A stretch of DNA of 32,000 bases from Paramicrosporidium saccamoebae KSL3 (GCA_002794465.1 MTSL01000117.1:3135-35134); one strand, 5' to 3'. Counted from the stretch's first letter, positions 8,972 through 19,251 are shown. Made by a program: numbers and translations. The notes: generated by a model from the letters alone, not told the origin.

Positions 8972-11344
8972 TTACAGAGTGTCATCCAGGCTACCGTCGT
9001 CAATGTTTAAGAAGCCCTGAGATTGCTGTACATGTTTAAGAGCAACTTTGCTTCTCTCTGACTTATCGGAGCCATGATCGGATAGAAGCTTTTCCATGGA
9101 CAAGAGTAAACTCTCCACTTTAGTCAACTCGAATTTTCCGTTTGCGATGGGCAACAAAACGTCGTTAGAGATTTTCAGAGTTTCGGCACAATTCTTCAAG
9201 TAAGTTTTTACCGAATCCATGGAGGGCCCCATATCACGGCACGTGACATTCCAATCAAGCCGCAGGGAATGAGCCATGTTCCAAGATTGGCAATCTAGTA
9301 GAACCAACAGATATGGCGATCCTTGGTAAAAGGTCACCCGAATAAAGAATCCAAGGATTGAAAATAGTTCATCATTTTGGTCAAACTCGTCAACAATCGT
9401 TCCAATCCCGATAATTTGCACGATACCACCGGGCGATGGGAGAGAATCTTTTAAAAAGTCGAGGACCGTCTCTCTCGACCTGCCAACCAGATCCAGCACA
9501 GTGATGGTCACGGTCCGGATGGACGTCAAACTCCTTGACAAGGTTGGCGGCATTCTTGTCAAATAACTGACAGGGATATTTACATTGCTAGAGAATGCAA
9601 ACTGAAGTATGGGCTCTATGAAACAGGGAATGTCTCGTTCTAAACATTGCAACGATATACTGGACAACGTACCTAGCCAAGAGCAGGAGGTGGCACTCCT
9701 ATAGACGGTCGAAGAAGTAACTGTCAGGACAAGCAAGTCGATGCACTCTTGGAATAGGCTCTGTAGGGGACCAGTGAATGGCTTTGACTGAATAGTCTTT
9801 CGTTTCGTGCTCGGCACAATCTCTACACTTTGAACAAGGATTATTGGATGCTACCTCTAAAGGCCAGTTGGAAATCGTCGTCGGTAATTTGCAGCAACTC
9901 TACACTTTTCGTCAATTCCGAGATATCCGGAGGTGGCAGATGCAAGTCATAAGCGCGTGGACATGACCGGCGAATGGCTCTTAGACTAGCCTCTACGCAC
10001 AGAGCTTTTAAATCGGCACCCGAAAAATCAACAGCCTCCTGTGCCAGCCTGTTGAGCAGCTCGTCACTGAGAGGAGGCGTCCAGGAAGACGTGTGGATTT
10101 TTAAAATGTCAAAACGAGCCTCTTTAGTTGGAAGCCTGAAGGAAAATTCACGATCAAATCTACCTGGCCTCCGCAATGCAGCGTCGATAGAGTTGATCCG
10201 ATTGGTAGCACCAATGACGACGACATTCCCCCGATCGTCAAGCCCATCCATCAGTGCCAGCAGAGTGGCCACTAGCGAAATATGACTTTGCTCCTGCTTT
10301 CCTGTTCGCTCTGGCGCCAGACCATCAATCTCATCAAAAAATATAATGGAAGGCTGCTGTTCACGAGCCTTTTTGAAAAGAAGCCGCAAATTCTTCTCTG
10401 CCTCCCCAATCCACTTGCTTAGGCAATCAGATCCGTTCGTCATGAAGAATGAAACCTTGCGGTCACTGCCGGGAATTGAACAATTCTCAGCCAAAAGTCT
10501 AGCCAACAGTGTTTTACCCGTCCCAGGCGGTCCATGAAAGAGAACTCCCCGAGGAGGCGAAATGCCAAGATTTGCAAAAACTATGGGATACAAAAGGGGA
10601 AATACAATCATCTCTTTTAGCTTTCTAATGTCTAGACATGTTACAAAGACTCTAGCAAGACTTACACTCATCTAACCCTGCGATCCTATCCACTAGGGGT
10701 TTGGGAGGAACTACGGCGGTTGTTTCACTCTCCTTGGGAGCCAGTCTCGACTTGTTGCCATTAACCTCTCTGCCCGAATCGCCTCTGAGAGTACTCCTCC
10801 TTGGCTGACTATCATCAACCTCGCCGTCGGAATCGTCTCGGAGAATGCTCCTCCTTGTTTTGCCTCTCCTAATCTCCTCGTGATCGTCACTAAACTCGGC
10901 ACTGAACATGTCCCTGAGATTGTATGACGCATCTCGATGCACGAGTCGAGGAGATTTCCTGGTACCACGACGATCATCACGCTGTTGAGGAATGATAAAG
11001 GTCCCATCTTCTTCCATATTTACGCGGCCCACATATTGCGCCTTTACACGACGACTGCGACGTGGATGATCATCTCGGGAGCGTACATGTATTCGCATGA
11101 GGGGGTCATCCAACGAGTCAGCCTCAGAGACAGTCTTTGTTGGACTGGTGCTCCGCTTTCTACAAAGTTCGTAACGTCGAGGAGGTCTGTCATGGTCGCG
11201 CTCCGAACCTATCGCTTAGTGGTCAAATGGACACGTACGGACAAACTCAAAGAATTCGGAATTGTGATTATCAAGGTCTGCATTTTTATCGGAAAAGGCC
11301 TCGCTGAGGATACTATCTGCATCGCTATGGTCTCCGTCCTTCAT
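8972..11344 (-). CDS. YTA7: Yta7/ATAD2-like AAA+ ATPase, short form (introns 11209-11238, 10632-10665, 9823-9854)
   Basis: IAGLDEYIRKLKEMIVFPLLYP, GVLFHGPPGTGKT, DCLSKWIGEAE, IIFFDEIDGLAP, SLVATLLALMDGLDDRG, RRPGRFDREF. Acidic/Arg N-terminus and degenerate second AAA domain. Spliced length 758 aa. Confidence 0.85.
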
Positions 11345-11559
11345 CACAACCACTATCATTGACAATCAGACATGGGAGATCATACAGTAGCGTGAACGGC
11401 CAGAGCGGTAATTAGATGACCTTTGTGGAACATCTCTGGTCTACGAGGAATAAGACAATCACAAGAACAAACCGATGGGCGATACGGACTAGACCGGAGC
11501 ATGACAAAGCGCGCCCGTGACAAAGAACAATGGTATTTTTTTATTTTAGGCTCGTTGAA

Positions 11560-12300
11560 CTATGCGTTTCGGATAGTCTTTACCAGCCTAAAGAGATGAT
11601 GACATATATTGACTCTGACGTACCAACCAAAGCCATCCTCAAGGCCGGTTCCTTCTGTGGCAGTTGTGCATTGTATGTGCCACGGCCGCTCCTTGATCGA
11701 AACTAGATCCAGTGATTCCGACAATTCGGCCATCTGCATTGCTCCCGGCAAGTCCTAGACGATTAGATGCGTTGGAGGATGGACTTGTTTGTTGGCGAGT
11801 ACCAGTAATGGGGCATTTCGTAATTCATCCTCCTGCAGCATGGAGGATAGCTCGGATCGTGCAGATACTGTCCTATCTACATCGGCACTGTCCACAACAA
11901 AAACAATTCCGTCAGTGTTTGCATAGTAGCAACGCCAGTATGGCCTGGGTAGCATTCAGTATCCACTATCCAAAACAGTACCTGATGCTGGACTGGCCCC
12001 CTAAATCCCAGACTTGGAATTTAATGTTCTTGATGACCACGCTCTCAACGTTGAATCCAATCGCTTAATAATCAAGGAGACGTTGTGGAGAGATTACTTG
12101 GAATGGTCGCATTTGTCTCGCCAGTCTATGATGAGAAACGCACAAACGTTTACCTGAAGGCGGTACAGAATTGTTGTTTTCCCGGCACCGTCAAGTCCGA
12201 TGATAAGAATCCGATATTCCCGCTTGCCCCATAGTCTCGAAAATACCGATAATATACCACCTACATTTCAAGATGAGCATTTACTGGTTGGTATACCCAT
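11560..12300 (-). CDS. ARL1: ADP-ribosylation factor-like GTPase 1 (introns 12261-12296, 12126-12153, 12064-12097, 11945-11981, 11755-11784, 11588-11623)
   Basis: Spliced [37 protein letters not shown]...[24 protein letters not shown]...ANKQD...[16 protein letters not shown] and [14 protein letters not shown] are ARL1-type. Confidence 0.95.
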
Positions 12301-12705
12301 TGCAAGTCTTGGGTCCGCGGGTCCAAATGCGTCTATCAATTCCCAAAATAGCTAAATAGCGAAATATATTTTCCTTTTATGCATTCCCCTAGTTTGCCAA
12401 CAGCAACTATGAGTAGCTACTGCGACAGCTCCTTTATCAGAATAAATGACACAGATGTGTGTGTATTGCGTCCGTGACACCTGTGAACTAGTAGACTGGA
12501 TGGCTGGATCTTTGCCGCGAATCAACTGCTTAGGACAAGAAAACTCACAAATACCCAACGTGATGGAATTGTATTAAAGGGACTATCAGAGGACCCGGTA
12601 ATGAGGAAGCTTTCTGCTTGAACAAATAGCAGTGACAAAGTACGTGGTAACCCCTACTCTACTACGCAACCCTTGGACTCCGGTGGCCGGGGTGTGTTAA
12701 AGTCC

Positions 12706-14109
12706 ATGGCCGGTAAGAAGAACAAGCCCAAGAAGACAGAGGACTCGCTGCTTACTCCACCGGGCAGCGCCGTCAAGACGCCGGCTACAGAGACAGACGC
12801 CGATACTGGCGCTATGCAAGTAGACGACGAAGAGCTCAAGGTGTACTTGCCTGGAATGTCGCTTGCCGAGGGCGAAGTGCTTGAAGTCGATCCCTCTGCA
12901 TATGTGATGCTGCATGAACTGAATGCTGAGTGGCCCTGTCTTAGTTTCGACATTGTGCGGGATGGTGGAGCTGAGGAACGGACGGCATTCCCGATGGAGG
13001 GATGTCTAGTGACGGGAACACAGGCAGATAGGAGGAACAAAAATCAGCTAATGATGTTAAGGTATACAAATCTCCACAAGACGCAAGTAAAAGATGAGAC
13101 CGAGGAGGATAATGAAATGGACAGTGAGGAGAGCGAAGAAGAAGAGGAAGAGGAGGAGGGATCGACCAAAAAGGACCCTCGGCATTACTGTATTGCCATT
13201 CCCCATGATGGAGGTGTTAATAGGGTGCGTTCCAAAAATGTCGTGTCAGCTGATGGAGGGCTGCAGAACGTTCTTGCGGCCTCGTGGTCCGATACTGGTC
13301 GTGTCCACATTTGGGATTTGCAGTCTGCGTACAATGAACTCTATGCTATCAGCCCCGATACGCCCTCCACCATGCTGAAGAGGACAGTGAACCCAGCGTT
13401 TTCAGTGACGAAACACAAGACCGAAGGCTTTGCCCTCAGCTGGGGCCCCTTAGTGTCGGGTCGATTGGTTTCTGGGGATTGTAATGGACAGATATGTCTC
13501 ACAGAGGCCTCCTTGGACCGGATTGAGACTGTTGGGGAAACATTCCGTGGACATTCTGGCTCGGTCGAGGACCTTCAATGGTCGCCATCTGAGGCCACAG
13601 TGTTTGCCTCTTCGTCTGTGGATCGGACTGTGCGTATTTGGGACATTCGTCTTCCCCGCCATCAATCGGCATTGTCTGCCACTGTGCACGACTCGGATGT
13701 GAACGTCTTATCATGGAATCGACATGCAACCCATATGATTGCCACGGGCGCCGATGATGGCTCCTTTGCCACTTGGGATCTCCGTCGCTGGGCGCCCAAT
13801 TCGGAAGGAGGCGACGCACTGTCGCGATTTACATGGCATCGCGATGCTGTCACGTCGATTGAATGGAGTCCACATGACGTGTCCGTATTGGCGGTGGCGG
13901 GTGCGGATGATCAGCTAACCATTTGGGATTTCGAGGTGGAAGAGTCTTCCAATGAAGTCCTTGATGGAAGAACGGTTCCTTCCCAGCTGCTATTTATCCA
14001 CCAAGGACAAAAGGAGATTAAGGAACTGCATTGGCATCCCCAACTCTCGGGAGTTTTGGTGTCTACAGCCCTCTCGGGATTTAATATTTTCAAGACAATC
14101 TCAGTTTAG
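12706..14109 (+). CDS. RRB1: Ribosome assembly WD40 protein RRB1/GRWD1
   Basis: DPSAYVMLHELNAEWPCLSFDI (CAF1C/H4-binding-like N-terminal domain), acidic tract, WD40 repeats (GHSGSVEDLQWSPSE), QLLFIHQGQKEIKELHWHPQ, GFNIFKTISV. Confidence 0.93.
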   Translation: MAGKKNKPKKTEDSLLTPPGSAVKTPATETDADTGAMQVDDEELKVYLPGMSLAEGEVLEVDPSAYVMLHELNAEWPCLSFDIVRDGGAEERTAFPMEGCLVTGTQADRRNKNQLMMLRYTNLHKTQVKDETEEDNEMDSEESEEEEEEEEGSTKKDPRHYCIAIPHDGGVNRVRSKNVVSADGGLQNVLAASWSDTGRVHIWDLQSAYNELYAISPDTPSTMLKRTVNPAFSVTKHKTEGFALSWGPLVSGRLVSGDCNGQICLTEASLDRIETVGETFRGHSGSVEDLQWSPSEATVFASSSVDRTVRIWDIRLPRHQSALSATVHDSDVNVLSWNRHATHMIATGADDGSFATWDLRRWAPNSEGGDALSRFTWHRDAVTSIEWSPHDVSVLAVAGADDQLTIWDFEVEESSNEVLDGRTVPSQLLFIHQGQKEIKELHWHPQLSGVLVSTALSGFNIFKTISV

Positions 14110-14248
14110 ATTAATAAAGGCATGCTGATCAGGTCTTTCTATTAAACGAAAGGACATGGAGTATATTGTACAAGTCCAACTTTGTCGCACAAGCTATGTC
14201 ATGCGAGCTAGGTTGTATAACTATGCTGCCCAAGTCTCATCCTGCCGC

Positions 14249-16021
14249 TCAACTCTGTCTTCTCTGCAGATTGTTAACCAACACTATCCGTTTGCCCTTT
14301 TTGCCCGTCGGATCACTTTCTCGATTGACATCTCCCTCTCCGAAAGAAAAGTTTACCTGGGGAGGCGATGAGTCACTGGTGACTATGATAAAGCCATCGG
14401 GGCTGGTTGCTGCGATGCTGGCAAAAGAACTGGCAAGCCCGGAAGTGACAGATTTTGCGGGTTCAGTGATTGGAATGGCTGATGATGGCTCCTCTTCCTC
14501 TGCCGCCCGGGGAAGCGGGAAATTTTCATAATTCATTGCAAATGCTCCAAAGATGCCCGTAGCCACGCCAGGAAGAGAAGAGGGCGACGCTCTGCCAGAG
14601 TCCACAGAGGTGCGCAAATCATACAATTGCTGTTCCTTCCTCAATGCAGCTGCTGAAATCTTGGCCTCCTTTGCAGCCTTACTCTTGCGAGTATTCTCCT
14701 TGGCCTTGAGCTCTGATGCAAACTCTGCCAGCACAGAGGCACTGACAATTGAGGAAAGATCCACTTCACACAGTCCAAACTGGCATCCAGTGGGAACATG
14801 CTGAAGATACCGATGTCTTTTCCGAATTTCTTCATTCATCACAGACATTTCAATTTCTAGCACGGGGGGACATAGAAAAGCCGGCATTTCCGAATATGTC
14901 CCAAATTCCCTGCGAAGAATTCTGATGCTCAACGGATTCAGAAAGAATGGCTGTCCATCCATAGATTGGTGAAAGAATATTGATGCTCCCTCAGACAAAA
15001 CATCACTCTCGCCTTCACTCTTACGCTCGCTCTTGTACTCACACTTCTGCTCGCTCTTGTACTCACTCTTCTGCTCACTCTTGCATTCACTTTTGCACTC
15101 ACTATTACCCTCACTTGCAGACAGCCTTGGAGAGGCCCCTTCTGAAGCCAGGGAAGCCCTTCGATCCTCAACCATTGTCAAGGCCAATTCAGTGTAGACA
15201 CGATCAGGGTCATTCTCAGCCATCCCATTTAGACGTTCAAAGAGAGTCTCTATTTCTCTGGAAATGATATTTTGCTCCACAAAATCGCGAGGGACAAAGG
15301 TAATTTTTTCAAATGGACTAAGATCTGAGAGTGATTCGGGAGTCATCGTCTGGTTCATCTGCTCTACAGGCCGGACCCGACATGTTCCGGTTGTGCCTCT
15401 TATCAAAACCATTGGAATGCCAACGGCCGTAATTTCAGTGCTGTTAGTTGTAAAGTCGGTAACCTGACTGAAATAGACGCTCTTTAATTGTCTCACACTG
15501 ACACTTTCAAAGCAGATCGGACATTTGCGCCAGTTTCCCGACCCAGCCATACTGGTGGCTGCTGCATATCTGAGAATGCAAGGCCAGCAGAAAAAATGGC
15601 CGCATTTTGTCAACTGTGGTGCAAGCGGAGTGTCGAGACAGATGGGACAGGTAACATCCTGCTGAGCTGGGACAACAACCATTTCAATATCATTCCACTC
15701 CAACTGCGCATCTGGATTTACTCCAAATTCGTGACGGTCAAGCACGACTTCCTCGCGGGCCACAAACTGGAAATTTGCATGGATAAAACGCTCCTTCGTA
15801 AACGAAGCACCAGGCCGGGCAGTACGACCTCTCCTAGTCGGACCTGACGAGGAGCCAAACATGCTGCCTGGCGAGCTCGTCACTTCAAAGCTAAGCAAAT
15901 GGTTTCCAGAAATATAAGTGCGGCGACCAGTCGCAGCGGGCTTGCTAACGGGAATGGGCTCACTGGGCGGTCCCGGCGGCGGGGTTTCCTTTTTGACAGA
16001 CTTACGACCCTCCCGTTCCAT
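14249..16021 (-). CDS. RING finger E3 ligase, RNF10/Mag2 family
   Basis: ISGNHLLSF, KERFIHANFQF, C3HC4 RING (CPICL...CGHFFCWPCILRY...KCPIC), FFLNPLSIRIL, RKRHRYLQHVP, NFPLP. Confidence 0.8.
   Translation of the reverse strand: MEREGRKSVKKETPPPGPPSEPIPVSKPAATGRRTYISGNHLLSFEVTSSPGSMFGSSSGPTRRGRTARPGASFTKERFIHANFQFVAREEVVLDRHEFGVNPDAQLEWNDIEMVVVPAQQDVTCPICLDTPLAPQLTKCGHFFCWPCILRYAAATSMAGSGNWRKCPICFESVSVRQLKSVYFSQVTDFTTNSTEITAVGIPMVLIRGTTGTCRVRPVEQMNQTMTPESLSDLSPFEKITFVPRDFVEQNIISREIETLFERLNGMAENDPDRVYTELALTMVEDRRASLASEGASPRLSASEGNSECKSECKSEQKSEYKSEQKCEYKSERKSEGESDVLSEGASIFFHQSMDGQPFFLNPLSIRILRREFGTYSEMPAFLCPPVLEIEMSVMNEEIRKRHRYLQHVPTGCQFGLCEVDLSSIVSASVLAEFASELKAKENTRKSKAAKEAKISAAALRKEQQLYDLRTSVDSGRASPSSLPGVATGIFGAFAMNYENFPLPRAAEEEEPSSAIPITEPAKSVTSGLASSFASIAATSPDGFIIVTSDSSPPQVNFSFGEGDVNRESDPTGKKGKRIVLVNNLQRRQS
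15008..15103 (-). repeat. In-frame 12-bp coding minisatellite (SExK x ~8) in the RNF10-like gene
   Basis: SECK SECK SEQK SEYK SEQK CEYK SERK SEGE, from an AGTGAGYRCAAG-like unit. Confidence 0.85.
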
Positions 16022-16206
16022 CAAGATAGAGACTGGCCACGTCGAGGACGCAGACCGGAGCGCCCAGGACGGACCAATCAAATTGCTTTAATCGGTCTCC
16101 CCAGAATGTAAACATTGATGACTAATGTCTTGATCCTCCCCCACACGGTTATATATGATAAATTTATTCCATTGCATGCTAGATGACTATTAGTGCTTTT
16201 AAAGAG

Positions 16207-17241
16207 TTAGAGAAGCACAGGAACTAGAGCAATAGTAAGACTGACCGCAAAGAGACCGAGGGAAGCGCCCAGTGTGTTGGAACCATTTTCGCTGAATCCC
16301 GTAATATCTGCACACTTGGCCTCCAGGGCCTTGGCCTGTTTATCATCCAAATCACTCTTGACTACAGATAAAGCCATACAGGCATGGTTTCGTTTAAACT
16401 GGCGACGATTAAGAATTTCCTGATTGCGAAGAGAAGGGTCTTTGGCCGCAAGCTTTGCTGCAGAGCTGGCGGGAAGACCAAAACTGGCAACTTGGAGGGG
16501 AGTCATGGCGTTCCAGCAATCCTTGGAGAGCTTGGAAGCTTGATCGCGATGGAGCATGGTGAGCGCGGCAGGTGCAACAGCGCACCATTGCTTAGCAGTG
16601 AAACCGGCAAAGCTATCACTGGGAATCATGGAGAGTTGGAGGGCGGAAATCTTGGAGAAGGCATCGTCATTGAGGGAGGAGATGAGGGTCTCGCCGAAGC
16701 GGCGGAGTGCCACAGGATTTAGCGCTGCAACATTGTCTGCCGTCAAGAAGGCTGAAATTACTTTGGCGTCAGAGGTTTCAAAGATGGCCTCAAGAAGTAT
16801 TGGCTCACGGATAGCATATCCAGTAAAGCCAGCCGGCAAGTCGTCTAAATTCAGTTTGGCCAGGATCTCTGTTAATTGTTGTGGGGTCAGAGAGATGTCA
16901 GACACTTTGGATTTGGCAATCTGCTCAGCAGTCTTTCCGTCAAATTTTGCCCATTCGGAGGTATTAATGTTTGACAAACAGTCAGCACAGAGATCAGTCA
17001 CATCAAATTTCTTCAGACACTCGGCAGTGAGACCCGCGCAGGCCTTTGCGTCTTTTAATGCATTGAGCTCTTTGACGGTGAGCTTTTCACAGTCGGCTTT
17101 GCGTAGCTGCTTAGCAGAGGCGTCGGGGCTGAGTACTGATGTCTCAGCAGTCTTGGCCTTGGTGGCAGCATCCTTATTTTCATCGTTTCCAGCCGCAACA
17201 ACGGCAAGCAGGCAGAGTCCAATGATATTCTTAATAAGCAT
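16207..17241 (-). CDS. Secreted, probably GPI-anchored octapeptide-repeat surface protein (P1)
   Basis: Signal peptide MLIKNIIGLCLLAVVAAG; Cys-containing N-terminal region; 11 consecutive 8-residue repeats; C-terminal small-residue site plus hydrophobic tail (SENGSNTLGASLGLFAVSLTIALVPVLL). Confidence 0.8.
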   Translation of the reverse strand: MLIKNIIGLCLLAVVAAGNDENKDAATKAKTAETSVLSPDASAKQLRKADCEKLTVKELNALKDAKACAGLTAECLKKFDVTDLCADCLSNINTSEWAKFDGKTAEQIAKSKVSDISLTPQQLTEILAKLNLDDLPAGFTGYAIREPILLEAIFETSDAKVISAFLTADNVAALNPVALRRFGETLISSLNDDAFSKISALQLSMIPSDSFAGFTAKQWCAVAPAALTMLHRDQASKLSKDCWNAMTPLQVASFGLPASSAAKLAAKDPSLRNQEILNRRQFKRNHACMALSVVKSDLDDKQAKALEAKCADITGFSENGSNTLGASLGLFAVSLTIALVPVLL

Positions 17242-17410
17242 TATGGAACACTGGTGAAGCAGCGAACACTGGCTGTACTTATAGCCTGTGGAGGCAAACA
17301 ATAATCGAAGTAATATTCTAGATTTGGCATATGCAATTACAGCCACGTCCCTTATGAGACATTATTCTGTTTGTAGGATATTGTCCAATCTCCCCTCAAA
17401 TGGACGGAGG

Positions 17411-17675
17411 ATAAAGGGTCATTTACAATCTTGTGTGCACTGTGAGGTGGTACAATTACATGCAGTATATTATGCCAATAAAGGGTGCGTTACTTGTAAT
17501 TTTGCGTGCACTATAGGATGGTATGTTTACAGACTAGGTTGCCAACAAAAGGGGCATTATTTGTAATTTTAAACTAGATTTACAAACAGTGTATTATGCC
17601 AATATAGGGGTACTACTCGTAATGTTAAACTAGATTTACGTGCAGTATATTATGCCAATAAAAAGGGCATCACTT
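17411..17675. repeat. Degenerate tandem array, units of 56-67 bp (ATAAAGGG...TAATTTT...TTTAC...TATTATGCCA)
   Basis: Unit starts at 17411, 17478, 17545, 17602 and 17658; the last is cut at the inverted-repeat element. Confidence 0.85.
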
Positions 17676-18043
17676 TGTCGCGTAGTGGGGATGATACCAC
17701 GGACTTTGTCAGGCGGGAAGGGAGGTTTGTTTACTGCTGATCCTATAATAGTATGGATACACATCTCCTTGTCCTTAAATATCCAGCTAATCGACACTAT
17801 CGCATAAATATATCCTCATGTGACGTAGAAGACTGATTAACATGTCTTTTGGAAATAGTTCCCTAGTTTGGAGAAGAGATAATCAGAACAATCGCTGAAG
17901 GATAATGAGATCTATGTCTTATCATTTGAGGATTATTACTATGCAGCTCGGGAGACTATAAAAGGGCTATTGGATTAAAAATGAGCGGGTTCTCCTCCCG
18001 CTTGACAAAGTCCGTAGTATTGTATTATCCCCACTACGCGACA
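17676..18043. mobile_element. Non-autonomous MITE/foldback-like element, 368 bp, ~50-bp imperfect terminal inverted repeats, TGT...ACA ends
   Basis: Left end TGTCGCGTAGTGGGGATGATA-----CCACGGACTTTGTCAGGCGGGA versus reverse complement of the right end TGTCGCGTAGTGGGGATAATACAATACTACGGACTTTGTCAAGCGGGA. No long ORF and no clean target-site duplication. Confidence 0.75.
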
Positions 18044-18097
18044 CTCATATCTTCGAATACCCAACCAATCAATCCTCTACGTCACAACTTTACTTAC

Positions 18098-18190
18098 AAA
18101 ACCTATATTTACGCACAATCGGTTGTGCCAATAAAGGGACATTGTTTCACAATTTTGAACTATATTTACATGCATTACATTATGCCATAA
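18098..18190. repeat. Continuation of the 56-67 bp array right of the element, overlapping the P2 stop codon
   Basis: CTATATTTACG...TTGTGCCAATAAAGGGACATTGTTTCACAATTTTGAACTATATTTACATGCATTACATTATGCCA aligns to the array unit. Confidence 0.75.
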
Positions 18191-19142
18191 CAGCGACTAG
18201 GAGAAGGGCCGCCATCGCAACCATCGTACTGGTGTGTGGCAGAGTTACAGACGCTCCACTGCTGCTATCCCACAATGCCTTGCATCTAGAACTCAAGGCC
18301 TTTGCTGTAGATTTCGAAACGTGATTCTTCCATCTGACTGCTGAAGAACACTGATGTTCCTTGATGTAGTTCTCCCGATCAACTTTTTGTGCCTTCTTAT
18401 CTCCTTTGCTAGAGTCCACTTTGGGAGGCCTTGGTTCGGCTCCAAGGTGGTTGGCCTGCTCCACCGTCATGCCCTCCAAGGCATCGCCGAGGATGGCGTC
18501 CATCTGTGGCTTCTTGATTGAGGTAAAGACCTCGGGATTGATCTTTTTCATGAGTTTCTTGTCAACTCCGGACAAAAAGTCAGCTGTCAGGCGTTTGAAA
18601 CACTTTGGTTGGACATCTTTAAGGGCATCCGATCCCATCGATTCGGCCATGTCTTTATCCAGCTCACCACAGAAGGTGGGGTCTATTGTCTTAATGTTTT
18701 CCGCAGTGAACAGGCGGGCCATGAGCTTTCCAGGGATCTTGTGCTTTCTCAGACGCGTTATGGCGTTTGTATCAGCGACAATTAGATTCACAAAGTCCGT
18801 AGCCGGATTGTTCTTCCAGTCATTTTTATCAAGGAATGCCTTGAGGAACTCGGGGGTCCTTGGGAGAGTTGCTACATGATCTTTGTTGCTGGTGAGCTCC
18901 ACCATCTGCTTTGTTGGGAACTTGTCAAGGACTGATGAAGGGATCTTTTCGATGCATTTAGAACCGAGATTGGCGATGCCGTCTTTGATCGCTGCAATAC
19001 AGACCTCATCAAAGAGCGAAGATTTACACAACTTGGGCTCCTTGTTGAGCTGTTCAGCGGTGACCTCCTTGCAGTTATTCAACGCGGTTGACGCTTGCGC
19101 TTGGGCGATGATCGCAAAGGCGATGGTAAAGGACCTTATCAT
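18180..19142 (-). CDS. Secreted, probably GPI-anchored octapeptide-repeat surface protein (P2), paralog of P1
   Basis: Signal peptide MIRSFTIAFAIIAQAQA; 11 octads ending MTVEQANHLG; HxC...AKALxxxC block as in P1; SSSG plus hydrophobic tail. Confidence 0.82.
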   Translation of the reverse strand: MIRSFTIAFAIIAQAQASTALNNCKEVTAEQLNKEPKLCKSSLFDEVCIAAIKDGIANLGSKCIEKIPSSVLDKFPTKQMVELTSNKDHVATLPRTPEFLKAFLDKNDWKNNPATDFVNLIVADTNAITRLRKHKIPGKLMARLFTAENIKTIDPTFCGELDKDMAESMGSDALKDVQPKCFKRLTADFLSGVDKKLMKKINPEVFTSIKKPQMDAILGDALEGMTVEQANHLGAEPRPPKVDSSKGDKKAQKVDRENYIKEHQCSSAVRWKNHVSKSTAKALSSRCKALWDSSSGASVTLPHTSTMVAMAALLLVAVMA

Positions 19143-19251
19143 TCTGCTTGCCCCCCAAAGTCGCCTGTGTCTATTTAATTTGGATCTTTGCCACGCACAG
19201 GCAATTGGTAGTTATTTGACTGGCCAATGAGACGTTGTTTGGGCTTTTTCC

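Noticed and set aside
3396-12296. Split ORFs (SHMT, SKA1, Yta7, ARL1) as pseudogenes or programmed frameshifts
   Set aside because: Every break is explained by a 27-37 nt GT-AG intron whose removal restores conserved sequence exactly.
12409-12621. Possible small two-exon gene between ARL1 and RRB1
   Set aside because: A ~36-nt intron could join two short frames (...LDGWIFAANQLLRTRKL...), but the donor is ambiguous and the product is unrecognised; needs RNA-seq.
12673-12705. GTG/TTG or upstream starts from the ORF track (RRB1 12673, SHMT 4429, RNF10 16081, eIF2B-gamma 27262, P1 17346)
   Set aside because: The track allows bacterial start codons. The first suitable ATG, or for P1 the ATG opening the signal peptide, fits better. 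Only the ThrRS extension has a suggestive composition.
17411-18190. The 56-67 bp array as a CRISPR or repeat-spacer system
   Set aside because: Whole units align with each other (degenerate tandem copies); there is no constant repeat with unrelated spacers.
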